Assembly (NCBI RefSeq): GCF_009914755.1
Contig: NC_060927.1
DNA length: 64,000 bases
Direction: 5' to 3' (one strand)
From: the human T2T-CHM13v2.0 reference genome, Homo sapiens
Each line of letters begins with the position of its first letter. Position 1 is the stretch's first letter. The notes under the pieces were generated by a model that had not been told where the DNA came from, searched no databases, and saw only the letters and a list, made by a program, of their open reading frames with translations. The translations under genes were made by a program, and so were the position numbers. Shown here piece by piece: positions 1-16,965 of the stretch.

Positions 1-549
1 CAAATTTCTGCAGCCAGATTGAATTTCTGCAGCCAGATTGAATTTCTCCTCAGAAAATGGAATTTTCTTTTCTATTGCATTGTCAGTGTGCAAATTTTCC
101 AAACTTTTATGCTGGTTCCCTTTTAAAACTGAATGGCATTACCACACCCAAGTCACCTCTTGAATACTTTGCTGCTTAGAAATTTCTTCTACCAGATACC
201 CTAAATCATATCTCTCAAGTTCAAAATTTTACAAATCTCTATGGCAGGGGCAAAATGCCACCAATATCTTTGCTAAGACATAACAAGAGTCAACTTTGCT
301 CCAGTTCCCAAAAAGTTTCTCATCTCCATCTGAGACCACCTCAGCCTAGAACTTACTGTTTATATAACTATCATCATTTTTGTCAAAGCCATTCAACACA
401 TCTCTAGGAAGTTCCAAACTTTCCCACATTTTCCTGTCTTCTTCTGAGCCCCCCAACTGTTCCAACCTTTGCCTGTTACCCAGTTCCAAAGTTGCTTCCA
501 CATTTTTGTGTACCTTTTCAGCAGCACCCCACTCGTGGTACCAATTTAC
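1..549 (-). mobile_element. THE1 (MaLR) internal sequence, 5' part; element continues off the left edge of the window
   Basis: Collinear with the second THE1 internal region from 11941 onward; ends in TGGTACCAATTTAC, the reverse complement of the THE1-int start, next to the LTR. Confidence 0.9.
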
Positions 550-902
550 TGTATTAGTTTATTTTCTGTTGCTGATAAAGACATACCTGAGACTGGGCAA
601 TTTACAAAAAAAAAAAAAAAAAGGTTTAATGGACTTACAGTTCCACATGGCTGGAGAGGCCTCACAATCATTGTGGAAGGCAAGGAGGAGCAAGTCGTGT
701 CTTACATGTATGCAAAGAGAGAGAGATTGTGCAGAAAACCTCTCACTTTTAGAACCATCAGATCTCATGAGACCCATTCACTATCACAGGAACAGGATGG
801 GAAAGACCTGCCCCTATGATTTCATTACTTACCACCGGGTCCCTCCCAAACACGTAGGAATTCTAAATGAGATTTGGGTGAGGACACAGCCAAACCATAT
901 CA
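550..902 (-). mobile_element. THE1 LTR (THE1B-like), 5' LTR
   Basis: TGTATTAG...GGACACAGCCAAACCATATCA is the reverse complement of the THE1 LTR; an expanded A-run lies at about 606-622. Confidence 0.9.
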
Positions 903-904
903 GA

Positions 905-1238
905 CACCAAGTGTGTTATGAGCCACACTCATCTACATCTGATGTTACAACTTGCCATCACAATAATGCATCTCCTGCAATCCTTCTAAAGCTGACTTAC
1001 ACAAGCAAACATTAGTTCTCTTCAAGGTAATGTGCCATATTTGTTGTTGTTTATATATTTCTTAGCCATTTAACATGTATAAATATGTAGGTTTTAAAAA
1101 ACACATCACTGACACAGATTTTGAGTGTTATGTCCCTAACCCCATTTTCCCCACACACTCTGTGATTTTTATTGTACAATTTAGCATAGTGGGGTAACTT
1201 TTAAGAATAAATATGCCATATTATAGCAGAAATGGCTG
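905..1238 (-). mobile_element. Old TcMar-Tigger DNA transposon fragment (Tigger13-like, tentative)
   Basis: Ends TTATAGCAGAAATGGCTG followed by TA, a TIR-like end plus TA target; contains TGTCCCTAACCCCATTTTCCC. Confidence 0.55.
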
Positions 1239-1244
1239 TACATT

Positions 1245-1500
1245 AGTAAGCAAAAAAAAAAATTTGCCCTTATGGAACTTATATTCTAACAGGAGGGAGA
1301 GAGAAAATAAAGACTATATAACTGTAAATTATATAGTATCTCAAAAGCTGAGAAATGCTCTGAAGGACAATAACAAAGGAGAAAGTAAAATAGTAAGGGA
1401 GAAAGAAATCACTAGAGGTGAAATTTGCAGCAATTTAAACATAGGGTGATAAGTCTTGGACTCACTGAGCAGGTAATACATAAAAATTTGAAAAAGATAA
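1245..1500 (-). mobile_element. L2 fragment
   Basis: TGCCCTTATGGAACTTATATTCTA...GAGAGAAAATAA resembles the antisense L2 3' region. Confidence 0.6.
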
Positions 1501-2119
1501 GATTTTACAAAAGTATGCTTTTTCAAAATTTAAACATGACTTCATACAAATAGAAAATGTGCCTGTACCAATAATTTTATTTTAATCATTACTAGAATAA
1601 TCAATAAGGTGAGTGCATGAAAGATCATTTTAGGAGCTTAAAATTACATACACGATGTAGTAAATAATGTCAGAATAAGTTTGCAAGGTTAGATACAAAA
1701 CTGTTTAATATTTTCTCCACTATAAACCATAATCTGCAAGGCTTTCTTTTCTATTGAAAAGAAATTATGTGCACCAATTAGTGGTCAAAATATGCAAGTC
1801 AATATGTAACACTGCTAAATCTGTCACCTTTATTAGTCCATAGTCAATAATCAATAACACACATTGACTCAAACAAATTGCATTCCTCTGAATAATCATT
1901 GGGTTCACCTGTTATACATTGCCCCCAGATAACATTGAAAGTATATATATATTGTACTTTGTTTTTCCTTATTCTACGTTTTAGATAGCTTTTCCTAAGA
2001 AGGTAAGCCATGTGGATATTTTTGGACACCGCTTTGAGTCAGAAGAAACCACCAAAGCCTTTAAGCCGTAGTTTTCTCGACAGTTCTGTAATATACAAGT
2101 AATCTCCTGTGACTGGAAG

Positions 2120-4906
<2,787 letters not shown>

Positions 4907-6528
4907 GGTACAGTGTTAGTCTGGTTCAATTTGAATTGTGTCTTGGCTCAATTTCTTAGCCAAAAGCGTTGGTCTTTAACTTAGACTGAAGAAATGGAAG
5001 CATCTTTGTGAAAAAGAAATATATATTTTTCTTAATGTCAGGTCTTCATGGAAGCAAAATTTTCAGGCTTACTTTAGTCATTTTTTTCTTCTTAATATAG
5101 ATGCCTAGACTAATTGCTCATAAACAAAGACTATACTAGCTACTTACTGTAACAAAAAAGTAAAAACAGTTATGAAGTAAAGAAAAACTAAAAATTTGAA
5201 AAGGTGTTACATATTATCTTGGAATAAACCTTTAATATGTAATATTGGGAAGTTGTGAATTATGAGTATACTAGTTCAGATGTAAGTGAAAATGCTGGTT
5301 TGAAATCTGGCCTCTCCTAAGCAAAAGTTACTCAGGTTGATAAAATATTTTACCTAGTCTAACTGCAGTACAATTTAAACTAGTTGTTAAGGAATCAAGG
5401 TTGAATAATTACTTTTCCATATTTTCACATATACATTGTATGGAATTACTATGATCTACCTGTAACTTTCTATATTTATTTGAATCATGGACATCTTTCC
5501 AACTGTTTAAAAATTTAAGCTGTTGAGAATTCCCTATGCTACTGTAACATCATAGGAAATACTTTTCAAAATTTTAGAAAAATAAACAATGTCAATTATT
5601 TTTGTTATTGCCGTTGTTATTTTCAAATTCAAATCCTCAAATGTTTTGATTCTTTTATTTACAGAGATATAATATTTCAACTTTTAAAGGGGATAAAATT
5701 TTTAAATTAGTAAGTATTATAAAAGTAAACTAGAAGTCAGAAGAAAATAATCATGTGTATAATAATATTGTATTTTCTATTTTTCTGTAAAAAGTTATAT
5801 TTGTATCCAGGCATCATATAGAACATGGTTAAAGATAATAATTCAAAAATTAAATATACACATTTAAAATAATTTTTAGACATTTTCTTCATGTAGCTAA
5901 TGACTTAGATTCAAGAAGCATAAGTCAAATGTTTTAATAATAAAAATAAACTGTTTCATATAAAATTATATATTTAGTTTATTTACATTCTTTAATTCCA
6001 TTTTTGGTGTTTTAGAGGATAAGCGACAAAGAATTCTTGATGTCATATATGTATCACATGTCAAGGTATTTTAAGAAACTTTTGGGATTTAGGGAGAAAG
6101 AATATTTTGTCAATCACAAAATAACTGAAGAGATAGTCTTTTTGTTGCTACTATTTGTTTTTAAATACTTTTAAAAATAATTCTGGCTATAAATGTAAAA
6201 TTTACTGTTTCCTTATTTGGCTCAAATCTCAAGTTGATTGTATGTCTGTACATGAATGGGTTTATAACATTAGTTAAACTGAAAATATATCTCCTCTGGA
6301 TTGTTTTGCTATTCCTTCTTTTTATTTATGTATTTATTCCTAGTTGGTTTTAGTTGTTCTTTGCAAGATAAGATGTACAATTTACCATTTATATGTTACT
6401 AATTAACAAAATAAAATAAAATATCTCCGGGTGAATTTTGAAGTATCAATCCTGGCACAAGGAAACAGGCCAAGTTTTTCTGAAACACTGTGTTTATTCT
6501 ATACTGGCTATATTAAAAATACATAAAT

Positions 6529-6698
6529 GTTAGTCATGGTGGCTCACACCTGTAGTCCCAGCTACTGGGGGTGCTAAGCCTAGAAAGATCACTTGAGCTC
6601 AACAGTTTAAGACTGCAGTGAGCCATGATCATACTAGTGCACTTCGGCCTAGGCAAAGTGAGTCCCCATCTCTATATAAAATAAATAAATAAAAATAA
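6529..6698 (+). mobile_element. Old Alu monomer (FRAM/FAM-like)
   Basis: Single arm GGTGGCTCACACCTGTAGTCCCAGCTACT...GCAGTGAGCCATGATC with an AAAT tail. Confidence 0.8.
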
Positions 6699-7311
6699 CG
6701 CACTACTTTTTTAAAGCAATGGTGCCTTAAAGGTAGCAGAAGTTTAATCTCAGAGTGTGATTACAAATCTAATCTACATTTTAATAAGTCGAACTAGCTT
6801 AATTATTATAGACGTTGGAAAATTGCTTCTTCAGTATCTTAAACTTTATTATTATCATGGATGTTTATGATCTGGGGTATTATATTCTGCCAAATGTCAC
6901 CACTATGTCTTATTTCAATTCTATATAATTAGAAAAGGGAAATGGGATTGATTTTTTAATGGAATGCTTTATATAAAAGGTAATGGGGGTAAATTTTTCC
7001 AAACATCTACTTTGATATTTTAATGTCCTAAATGTGGACATATTTTTATTTTTAAAAACTATATTATATCAAGGAACCCTGAGATAGCTTCAGGACATGC
7101 ACATAAATAAAAGGGTAAAGATGTAAATATTAGGAGAAGAAGAGATAAAAGATAAACATCTGTTAGACTGGCTACATATGTGGCTCATATTTATTAATCT
7201 TTATGGTGTCTGTTTATAATGTTTGGTATGGTGAAAATAGGTGGATTATTTGTCAGAAGACAAGTTTCTGCCCCTGATCAGCCCTAGTGAGGCTTAATTA
7301 ATAGCAAAAAG

Positions 7312-7450
7312 TCCATGTGGTATAAAGGAATGAACCTACATTTTGGAGCCATTTTTAGAGGATTTTGAAAACAGTTCTACCGTTGTCCGCCTAACCTTTG
7401 GCAAGTTAAATAAACTTTTTGAACTTCAGTATGGAGGTAAAGATGTACAT
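7312..7450 (+). mobile_element. MIR fragment
   Basis: MIR core-like ACCTTTGGCAAGTTAAATAAACTTTTTGAACTTCAGT. Confidence 0.55.
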
Positions 7451-7467
7451 TAAATATTTTGTAATTT

Positions 7468-8068
7468 TTAGGAATCTTTTATTTGCAAGAGACAAAATAC
7501 TTAATTCAAACTACATTTAATTTTTAGAAAACACAAAAGAAGAAAGAAAGGAAGGGAGGGAGGGAGGTAGGAAGGAAGGAAGAAAGGAAGGAAGGAAGGG
7601 AAGGAAACAAGGGAGGTAGGAAGGAAAAACAGTTTATTGGTTTATGAAACTGATAGTCCTTATGCAGACTTGCCTTCAAATGTGCTTTGATCCAATAGAT
7701 TCAAATGATATTAATTCAGACTCTGTTTAATCTACACTCTTGACTTTTTCAACTTTATCCTCAAACTACCTTCCCTTATGATAGCATCACGTTTTACATA
7801 GTTTTGATAGTAAGTTATGAGGAATAGAGCAATCTTCACCCTTCTTTGAGTCACAGTATTAATAATCTTACATCTTTTTACATCTAATTAAATTTGATCA
7901 TCCCTCTGAAAAAAAAATCCCTCATATCCAGAAAATGGTGCAAGCTGATTGGGTTAAACTGCCTTTAGACTTATTCTTACAGTGGGAGATAAGATCAACC
8001 CTACACAAACCACATGGTTAATAATAGCAGACAACGGTTTCTCAAATAAAATTCTGTGTGGTCATCTG
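7468..8068 (-). mobile_element. Ancient MaLR/ERVL LTR (MLT1-type), containing a GGAA tract
   Basis: GGAATCTTTTATTTGCAAGAGACAAAA...TTCAAACT...TTTATTGG is typical of an old MLT1/LTR33 end in reverse. Confidence 0.5.
7535..7629 (+). repeat. Purine-rich (GGAA/GAAA/GGAG)n compound microsatellite
   Basis: Directly visible. Confidence 0.95.
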
Positions 8069-8086
8069 AAAGAAAAGAAATGAATG

Positions 8087-8427
8087 GGCGGGGCACGGTG
8101 GCCCACACCTGTAATCCCAGCACTTTGGGAGGCCAAGGCGGGTGGATCACGAGGTCAGGAGATAGAGACCATCCTGGCCAACATGGTGAAACCCCATCTC
8201 TACTAAAAACATACAAAAATTAGCCGGGCGTTGTGGCATGCACCTGTAGTCCCAGCTACTCAGGAGGCTGAGGCAGGAGAATCACTTGAACCCAGGAGGC
8301 GCAGGATGCAGTGAGCCAAGATTGCACCACTGCACTCCAGCCTGGGTGACAGAGCAAGACTCCATCTCAAAAAACAAAAAACAAACAAACAAACAAACAA
8401 AAAAAAAACAAAAAAGAAAGAAAGAAA
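8087..8427 (+). mobile_element. AluS (Sc/Sg-like) with 18-bp TSD
   Basis: Full dimer; TSD AAAGAAAAGAAATGAATG at 8069-8086 and 8428-8445; mixed AAAC/AAAG tail. Confidence 0.97.
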
Positions 8428-9019
8428 AAAGAAAAGAAATGAATGTGATGAATGTGGGAGAGTGAACCCTAGACAGACCCTTCAAGGATTTCTTGTAAAA
8501 ATGAAGTGTCTTAACACATGTGAGATACCTAAACCAAATTACATATTCAAGAACTGTTGAGCTATATACCTAGTTAGAGTGTATCAGTGGCTCTCTGCAA
8601 TATCTTGATAATATAGTGATATGTCACAATATATCTTATATAGATACCAACATTTAAGAATAAACTGACTAGCTCACATTTATGAATTTCATTGAAAAGT
8701 CTATTCCTATTCAATGAGTTTATTCTTACAATACTAAAATTCAGGTATTTTTGTTTTTTATGGTTTTTTGCATGATAAAGACATAAAGTTAAAGCCCTGC
8801 TTAACTTACTCCAGTCTTACTCCAACATGAACACAGTATAGTATCCTATTGATTGCTGTCAAGTTTATAAATTAATCTTATAATTAATTTATAATCTTTT
8901 GTTCAGTTTGAATGTTTAGTTTTTGACTAAATCAGAGTATAATCATGACAGCGGGTCATTGGCTACTGGCATTATTCATGTGGGTCTTGGTAGAGCAAAG
9001 GGGACAACATTCTGGGCAT

Positions 9020-9465
9020 TGTAAAAGTTATCGAAATTAAAACGAATTTATTTGTAATAAAAGCGCAGACAAACTGAGTCAGGGAAAGCCATTAAGGAAG
9101 GATTCTCATGTGCAAACACCTGATAACAAGAAATATTACAAAAAACTACAAAATTGTAAACTTGCACAAAGTCCATTGCAATCTGACACAGAAAAATACT
9201 TCTGCAAGAACATCTAGCCAGTAACAGCCTGTTCAGATTTGGACCGGTGCCACCCTTGTTATTGATCCTTGTAGTTAAAGATAATTATCTGAAAACAATG
9301 ATGTAATCCTCTCCACTTTCTGTTTAAAACTTTTGTTTTCCTCTAGCTCCCTGAATATGCACATAGTTTACTATGATATGTGCCTTCCCATTGCAATGTC
9401 TATTTTCCAATAAACATCACTTTCCCTTTTAAAGAGTCACTGCCTCTTTGTTATTTAGGTTGGCA
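9020..9465 (+). mobile_element. ERV1-class solo LTR (MER4 group; MER67/LTR54-56-like, tentative)
   Basis: TG...CA termini; AATAAA at about 9409; 4-bp flanks GCAT/CCAT; related to the LTR at 32730. Confidence 0.75.
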
Positions 9466-10570
9466 CCATGAAACTGCCATTTCTTTTTGGCTCTAAAATG
9501 ACGGTTTTCTGTGAAAATCGATTCACTAATATGGTTCTTTTATGTTTTGCATTATAAATCTATATGTGTTCCAGTTCTGTCTGATATTTACCATTAAAAA
9601 GTGTCAACCAAGAGAAATATATATTTTTCCATGTATTACCTCTGTGAAAATGATAGAACAACCAAAAATGATAATAAACATTTGTTTAAAGAAAAAGGTT
9701 TTTGATGACTTTATGAGTAAATTGGACAAGCTCCTAGAGCCCTTTAAGTTATATTTAGTATTTGGAAATATCTGTTTTTAACCAAATATAGTGCATTCAT
9801 GGAAATGCTTATTAATATCTTTGCCAGTCCAAGAAACACAGTGCCTGCCAGCAAATAGTAATTGGTCACTGAAGCAATCCCACAAGTCCTGTTATGATCA
9901 CTTCAGTTTCCTACTGATTATCATCACAAATTTAATTGCTCACATACAGCTAAATGCTTTGAAATAATCGTCTCAGAATCTTTCACGTAGTTTTATTAAA
10001 TAATCAATTTAACTTAGCAATTTTATGGAATGTTGGAAATGTTTTTATATGGAAATCAATTTTAGTAATGTTTTTTCAAACAGAAAAATCTTGTTTTTGC
10101 AGAGATAAAAGTATTAAAGCTAAGTTCTATTTGTTGTAGGGGTTTGCAAGATCCATTGTGTTTATGTGAATGTGGATACGTAAATATGCAAGTAATTTGA
10201 AGTAGTGGTGCAATCCACAAATGATGAGCTCATAAACTCAGGTTCATTTGCCTATGAGGGGATAATATATGAAAAATCAATAGAAGATGAAGATTTATCA
10301 GGTGGATTTCTTTATATGGTAAAATGAGTAAGGAGTAGGGATGATTGATTTTTCTTTTACTTTTCCCTTCTTGCACTACATATTTCTTAAACACTCACAG
10401 GGCATTGGAAATAGAATGCATTTTAAATAAGGTGTATTTGATGTTCATGCTTTCAGCTATTAATTTTCAATATTTAACACTTACCCATGGAAATATTCTT
10501 CCCAGATAAATGGAGAAAGAAACAAAATCCGTCTAGAGTATATAAGACACTTATATTCTTCATTTCACTT

Positions 10571-12820
10571 TGTGTTTTCATGCCGCTGACAAAGACATAC
10601 CCGACACTGGGAGGAAAAAGAGGTTTAATTGGACTTACAGTTCCACATGGCTGGGGAGGCCTCAGAATCATGGCAGGAGGCGAAAGGCACTTCTTACATG
10701 GCAGCAGAGAAAATGAGGAAGAAGCAAAAGCAGAAACCCCTGATAAACTCATCAGATCTTGTGAGACTTATTCACTATCATAAGAATAGCATAAGAAATG
10801 CCTGCCCCCATGATTCAATGACCTCCCCCGGGTCCCTCCCACAAGATGTGGGAATTTTGGGAGATACAATTCAAGTTGAGATTTGGGTGAGAATACAGCC
10901 AAAACATATCATTCTGCCCCTGGCCCCTCCATGTCCTCACATTTCAAAACTAATCATGCCTTCCCAACAGTCCCCCAAAGTTTTAATTCATTTCATCATT
11001 AACCCAAAAGTCCACAGTCCAAAGTCTCATCTGAGACAAGTCAAGTCCCTTCCACCTATGAGCCTGTAAAATCAAAGGCAAGCTAGTTACTTTCTAGATA
11101 CAATGGGGGTACAAGTATTGGGTAAATATAGCTGTCCCAAATGGGATAAATTGGCCAAAACAAAGGGCTTACAGGGCCTATGCAAGTCCAAAATCCAGCA
11201 GGGCAGTCAAATTTTAAAGCTCCAAAAGGATCTCCTTTGACTCCAGGTCTCACATCCAGGTCATGTAGATGCAAGAGGTGGGTTCCTGTGGTCTTGGGCA
11301 GCTCTGCCCCTGTGGCTTTGCAGGGTACAGTCTCTCTCCTGGCTGCTTTCACGGGCTGGTGTTGAGAGCCTGTGGCTCTTCACAGTGCAAGCTCTCAGTA
11401 GATCTACGATTCTGGGGTCTGGAGGATGGTGGCCCTCTTCTCACACATCCACCAGGCAGTGTCCCGGTAGGGACACTGTGTGGGGGCTCCAACCCTACAT
11501 TTCCCTTCCACACCGTCCTAGAAGAGGTTCTCCATGAGGGCCCCACCCCTGCAGCTATCTTTTGCTTGGGCATCCAGGCATTTCCGTGTATCTTTTGTAA
11601 TCTAGGTGGAGGCTCGCAAACCTAAATTCTTGACTTCTGTGCACCCACAGGCTCAATACCACGTGGAAGCTGCCAAGGCTTGGGGCTTCCACCCTCTGAA
11701 GCCACAGCCTGAGATATACGTTGGACCGTTTCAGTCCTGACTGGAATGGCTGGGGTATAGGGCACCAACTCCCTAGGCTGCACACAGCCTGGGGATGCTG
11801 GGCCTGAGCCATGAAACCACTTTTTCCTCCTGGGCCTTCAGGCCTGTGATGGGAGGGGCTGCTGTAAAATTCTCTGACATGGCCTGGAGACATTTTCCCC
11901 ATGGTCTTGGGGATTAACATTAGGCTCCTTGCTACTTATGCAAATTTCTGCAGCCTGCTTGAATTTCTCTCTAGAAAATGGGTTTTTCTTTTCTATCACA
12001 TTTTCAGGCTACAAATTTCCCAAACTTTAATGTTCTGTTTCCCTTTTAAAACTGAGTGCTTTTAATAGCACTGCTGTCATGTGTTGAATGCTTTGCTACT
12101 TAGAAATTTTTTCCACCAGATACCCTAAATCATCTCTCTCAAGTTCAAAGTTCCACAAATCTCTATGGCAGGGGCAAAAATGCTGCCAATCTCTTTGCTA
12201 AAACATAACAAGAGTCACGTTTGCTCCAGTTCCCAACAAGTTCCTCATCTTCATCTGAGATAGACCTCAGATGGACCTTATTGTTCATATCATTATCACC
12301 ATTTTCATCAAAGCCATTGAACAAGTCTCTAGGAAGTTCCAAACTTTCCCACATTTTCCTGTATCCTTCTGAGGCCTCCAAACTTTTCCAACCTCTGCCT
12401 GTTACCCAGTTCCTAAGTCACTTCCACATTTTTGGGTATCTTTTCAGCAATGCCCCACTCTACTGGTGCCAATTTACTGTATTACTCTGTTTTCATGCTG
12501 CTGACAAAGATACCTGAGACTGGGAATTAAAACAGGTTTAATTGGACTTACAGTTCCACATGGCTCTGGAGGCCTCAGAATCATGGCAGGAGGCAAAAAG
12601 CATGGCGGCAACAAGAGAAAATGAGGGAGAAGCAAAAATGGAAACCCCTGGTAAACTCATCAGATCTTGTGAGACTTATTCACTATCAAGAGAATAGCAT
12701 GGGAAAGACCTGCCCCCATGATTCAATTACCTGCCCTTGGGTCCCTCCCACAACATGTGGGAATTCTGGGAAATACAATTCAAGTTGAAATTTTGCTGGG
12801 GGCACAGCCAAACCATATCA
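10571..12820 (-). mobile_element. Two-LTR THE1 element (THE1C-like): 3' LTR 10571-10911, internal 10912-12477, 5' LTR 12478-12820
   Basis: Two similar ~340-bp LTRs ending ...CATATCA flank ~1.57 kb of THE1-int; the ORFs here are decayed MaLR sequence. Confidence 0.93.
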
Positions 12821-13297
12821 TATGATAAACTTTGAATGATGCAACACAATGCATATTCTTGTGATAGTTTTCAATTAATACAAGTTCCTCATCTTTAAGT
12901 ATACTGTGTGTGTGTTTTCTCAACTAAGAGGACCATTTTACAAGCCAATTTTTTGAATGTGATAATTAATTTAAATACATGAATAACATTTTAATAATAT
13001 GTTGGAGATATTTGGAAACAAGCTCAGAAGATATAAGACCCATCTTTTCAAAAGTACAATTTTGCCAGGCACAAACAGAAATGATGCTAGATTGCTAAAT
13101 CTACACAACATGAAAATTTCGTAAGTCTGTTTTTTCTAAGTATAAAGAATATACACATTGATGTACAAAGTGATCTTTATGCAAAAATGATGTTCTATAG
13201 ATAGTTAATCTTAGTGGTGAAACTTGGGTTTTGCATATAACACATCCAGACATTGTTGTCATATATTCATACTTCCCTTCAGCTCTCCAATCACTTA

Positions 13298-13977
13298 TAG
13301 CATTCTTCCCTTTTGCTTTTCAAGGTTTTAGTAACCAGGGGTTGACCATAGTCCAAATATATTAAATTTTGAAATTTCATAAATAAATAAACAATTCATA
13401 CATTTTAAACTACACACCACTCTGAGGAGTATGATGAAATCTTGTTCTGTCCTGCTAAGCTCTGCTCAGCATATCCACAATGTAGGCATTGCCCACACAT
13501 TTGTCACTTAGGACTGGGCTCAGTTCAGAGCAACTTTTTCTGTATTGCAGTGCTGTGTTCAAGTAACCCTAATTTTACTTAATAATGGCCCCAAAGCACA
13601 AGAGTCGTGATGCTGGTAATTTGGGTATATCAGAAAGAAAAGTGCTTCCTTTAAGTGATGAGGTGAAAGTTCTTGCCTTAATGAGAAAAGAAAAATATAT
13701 GCTGAGGTTGCTAACTCATGCTTTGTAAGAATGAATCTTCTATCTGTGAAATTGTGAAGGAAAAAAATGTGCTAGGTTTACTGTTGTATCTGAAACTACA
13801 AAAGTCATGGTCACAGTGCATGACAAGTGCTTAACTGAGATGGGAAAAGCACTACATTTGTGGTGAAAGACCTGAAAAGAATGTTCCAATTAATGATAAT
13901 TAGGCTCAGTACTATCTGTGATTTCAGGAACTGGAGGTCGTGGAATAATATCCCTCATGGATAAAAGGGGACTAATG
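13298..13977 (+). mobile_element. MER44 (Tigger7-derived) DNA transposon
   Basis: ATGGCCCCAAAGCACAAGAGTCGTGATGCTGG transposase start; ends GGATAAAAGGGGACTAATG; TA flanks. Confidence 0.85.
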
Positions 13978-14187
13978 TATCTGTCTCACCAGAGTCCATT
14001 TCTCATTTTATTTCTGAAGAGAAGTATAATTTTCTATCTTTACTCATACAACCCCCCCAAAAACTGAATTACATTTACTAGCTATCCCTGTGGGCACTGT
14101 AGGGGCTAGAGCACTTGCCAGAGATTGACCCATTACTGTCTTCAGTAGACATAGTTTTCTGGGAGATTTAGTTTAGTTTCATTACTC

Positions 14188-14350
14188 TAGTTCTTCTCAA
14201 ACCTTAGCATGCATCAGAATCACTTGGAGGGCTTGCTAAAACATAGATTGCTGGGCTGTGCCTCTAGAATTTCAGATACAGTAGGTTTGGCCAAAGCTTG
14301 AGAATTTTAACTTCTAACAAGTTACCAGATGGTGCTGATGCTGTTGGTCC
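14188..14350 (+). mobile_element. MER5A (hAT-Charlie)
   Basis: TTCTCAAACCTTAGCATGCATCAGAATCACTTGGAGGGCTTGCTAAAACATAGATTGCTGGG. Confidence 0.85.
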
Positions 14351-14466
14351 TCTAGGTGATTCAACTTTGTTCATATAGAAACCCTCCCTTCTACTTTATT
14401 GAAGAGAAGACAGGAATGAGGAATGCACAGTAAACTAGAGACATTCCTATTAAGAATAATTATTAG

Positions 14467-14847
<381 letters not shown>

Positions 14848-15340
14848 TTAAGTTCCCTGAGCATTATATGCCATTACTAAGTACGCAAAATATAATCGGT
14901 ATTTCCATTAGGTATTTTGTTTGCCAACCTGGACTTGGTTTTATTGCTACAGATATACAATTCAAGGATCAATTATACATTTAAATATGATTGTACTAAT
15001 CCCAATTGAGTGCTTCTTAGGAGTTTGTTTGAATAACATTTAGCAACTAAAAACCAGAATGCCCTTCAGAATAAATATAAAATTTAATTGAATACTACTT
15101 ATTGGATCAACTGTCATTCCTACATAACTCAGGAGCTGGGTAATTAAGGCCATTGTTTTTGTTAAGATTGAAGATACTTCACAACTTTCTTCAACTGAAA
15201 CTTCTATGCAATCCAGACTTGTCTGGTAGCTATGTAGAAAGGAAATGTACTTGTAACCATCAATTTTTTATTCAGAGAAACTCAATGAATTATTTAAGCT
15301 CAAGTTGAAATTAGAAATTTGACTTTCTATTTGACTTTCT

Positions 15341-15675
<335 letters not shown>

Positions 15676-16519
15676 TAGGAAGTCAGTCAGAACTTTAGTG
15701 AATAGAGGAACTTGAATAATATTTTAAGAGTAGATTATGTTATCATAAATTACTATATGCTAAATATGTTTCATATGTATGTATTAACATTCTCTTCCTA
15801 AAATTAGCACTGTTCTATCAAATGTCAACTATTTATATCATTCTGCATATGTGACTTAAAAATGATAACTATAAGACATTATTGTTTTGCAAACATTCAT
15901 AAGAACCAAACAGAAATAGAAACCCACTTTAATGTAACATGGTCACTTTTATTTAGGATATAATTAATTTATAATATGAATTATATGCAACCATGTAAAC
16001 TTGGATCCCCACTGAAATTTAAAATAAACAGGAGAGAGTATTTTATATAAAATTATAAGGTCTACACACAGCTGGAAAATATCCAAAGGACGCTCAGATC
16101 CCTTGTTTTGAAAAATGGTGACACCAGAGCATTTGTCTTAAAGTTTCAGTCTGCATTAAAATTGCTCCCTAATTATTAGGTGAAAGTTCTGGAGATGGTT
16201 TTTTGAAAATGTTACTCTACCTTTGCCAGGTTAAAAAGAACTTTTAAGCAATCATCACTTTAGTAGTAGAGCTAGAAGCCTTAGAATAATAGCAGACATT
16301 TCTAAGAAAAGCCAAAAAGCTGCCTTCTAAGTAAACTTGTCATAAATCTTCAAACAGGAAACAAAGCATCTTACCTTCAGAAATTATTTCAGAAGACAGA
16401 TTTTGCTAATATTGTGTGCTATAAAGCAAGTATAGAAAACACATGAGGAAATTATAGACTTTTGTCTGTACCAGTCTATAAAATAATGCTTAATTTCATC
16501 CATCTATAAAATCAGCAAA

Positions 16520-16862
16520 TTGGATTTAAGTTGTCAGCAGGACCATGCTCCCTCTGAAAGTTCTAGGGAGAAACTGTTCCTTGTTCCTTCAGCTTCTGGT
16601 GGCTCTTGGCACTTGTTGGCATTCTCTGACTTGTAGACACCTTACTACAGTCTCTCCCTCTGTCTTTCCACCACTTTCTCTGTGTCTGTCTTCTTTTCTC
16701 CAAGTCTCTTATAAGGATATTTGTCACTAGATTTAGGGCTCACTCAAATAATTCCTCAAGATCTTGGAAGATTTTTAATCACATCCGCAGAGACTTTTTT
16801 TTTTTTTTTAAATAAACGTTACATTCACAGCATTCACAGGTTCCAGAGATTAGGAATGGATA
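16520..16862 (-). mobile_element. MLT1 LTR (MLT1B/C-like)
   Basis: CAGCAGGACCATGCTCCCTCTGAA...TCTTATAAGGA...CACAGGTTCCAGAGATTAGGA. Confidence 0.75.
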
Positions 16863-16893
16863 TCTATCTATCATTTGTCTATCTGTCTGTCTA

Positions 16894-16947
<54 letters not shown>

Positions 16948-16965
16948 CATCCATCCATCCATCTA
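16862..16965 (+). repeat. Compound tetranucleotide STR (TCTG/TCTA/TCCA)n
   Basis: Directly visible. Confidence 0.95.

Noticed and set aside
380-1015. 211-aa ORF
   Set aside because: Runs antisense through THE1 internal and LTR sequence into another transposon; poly-K comes from an A-run
7535-7629. EWS-FLI1-responsive GGAA microsatellite
   Set aside because: Only about 3 consecutive GGAA units at a time; heavily interrupted
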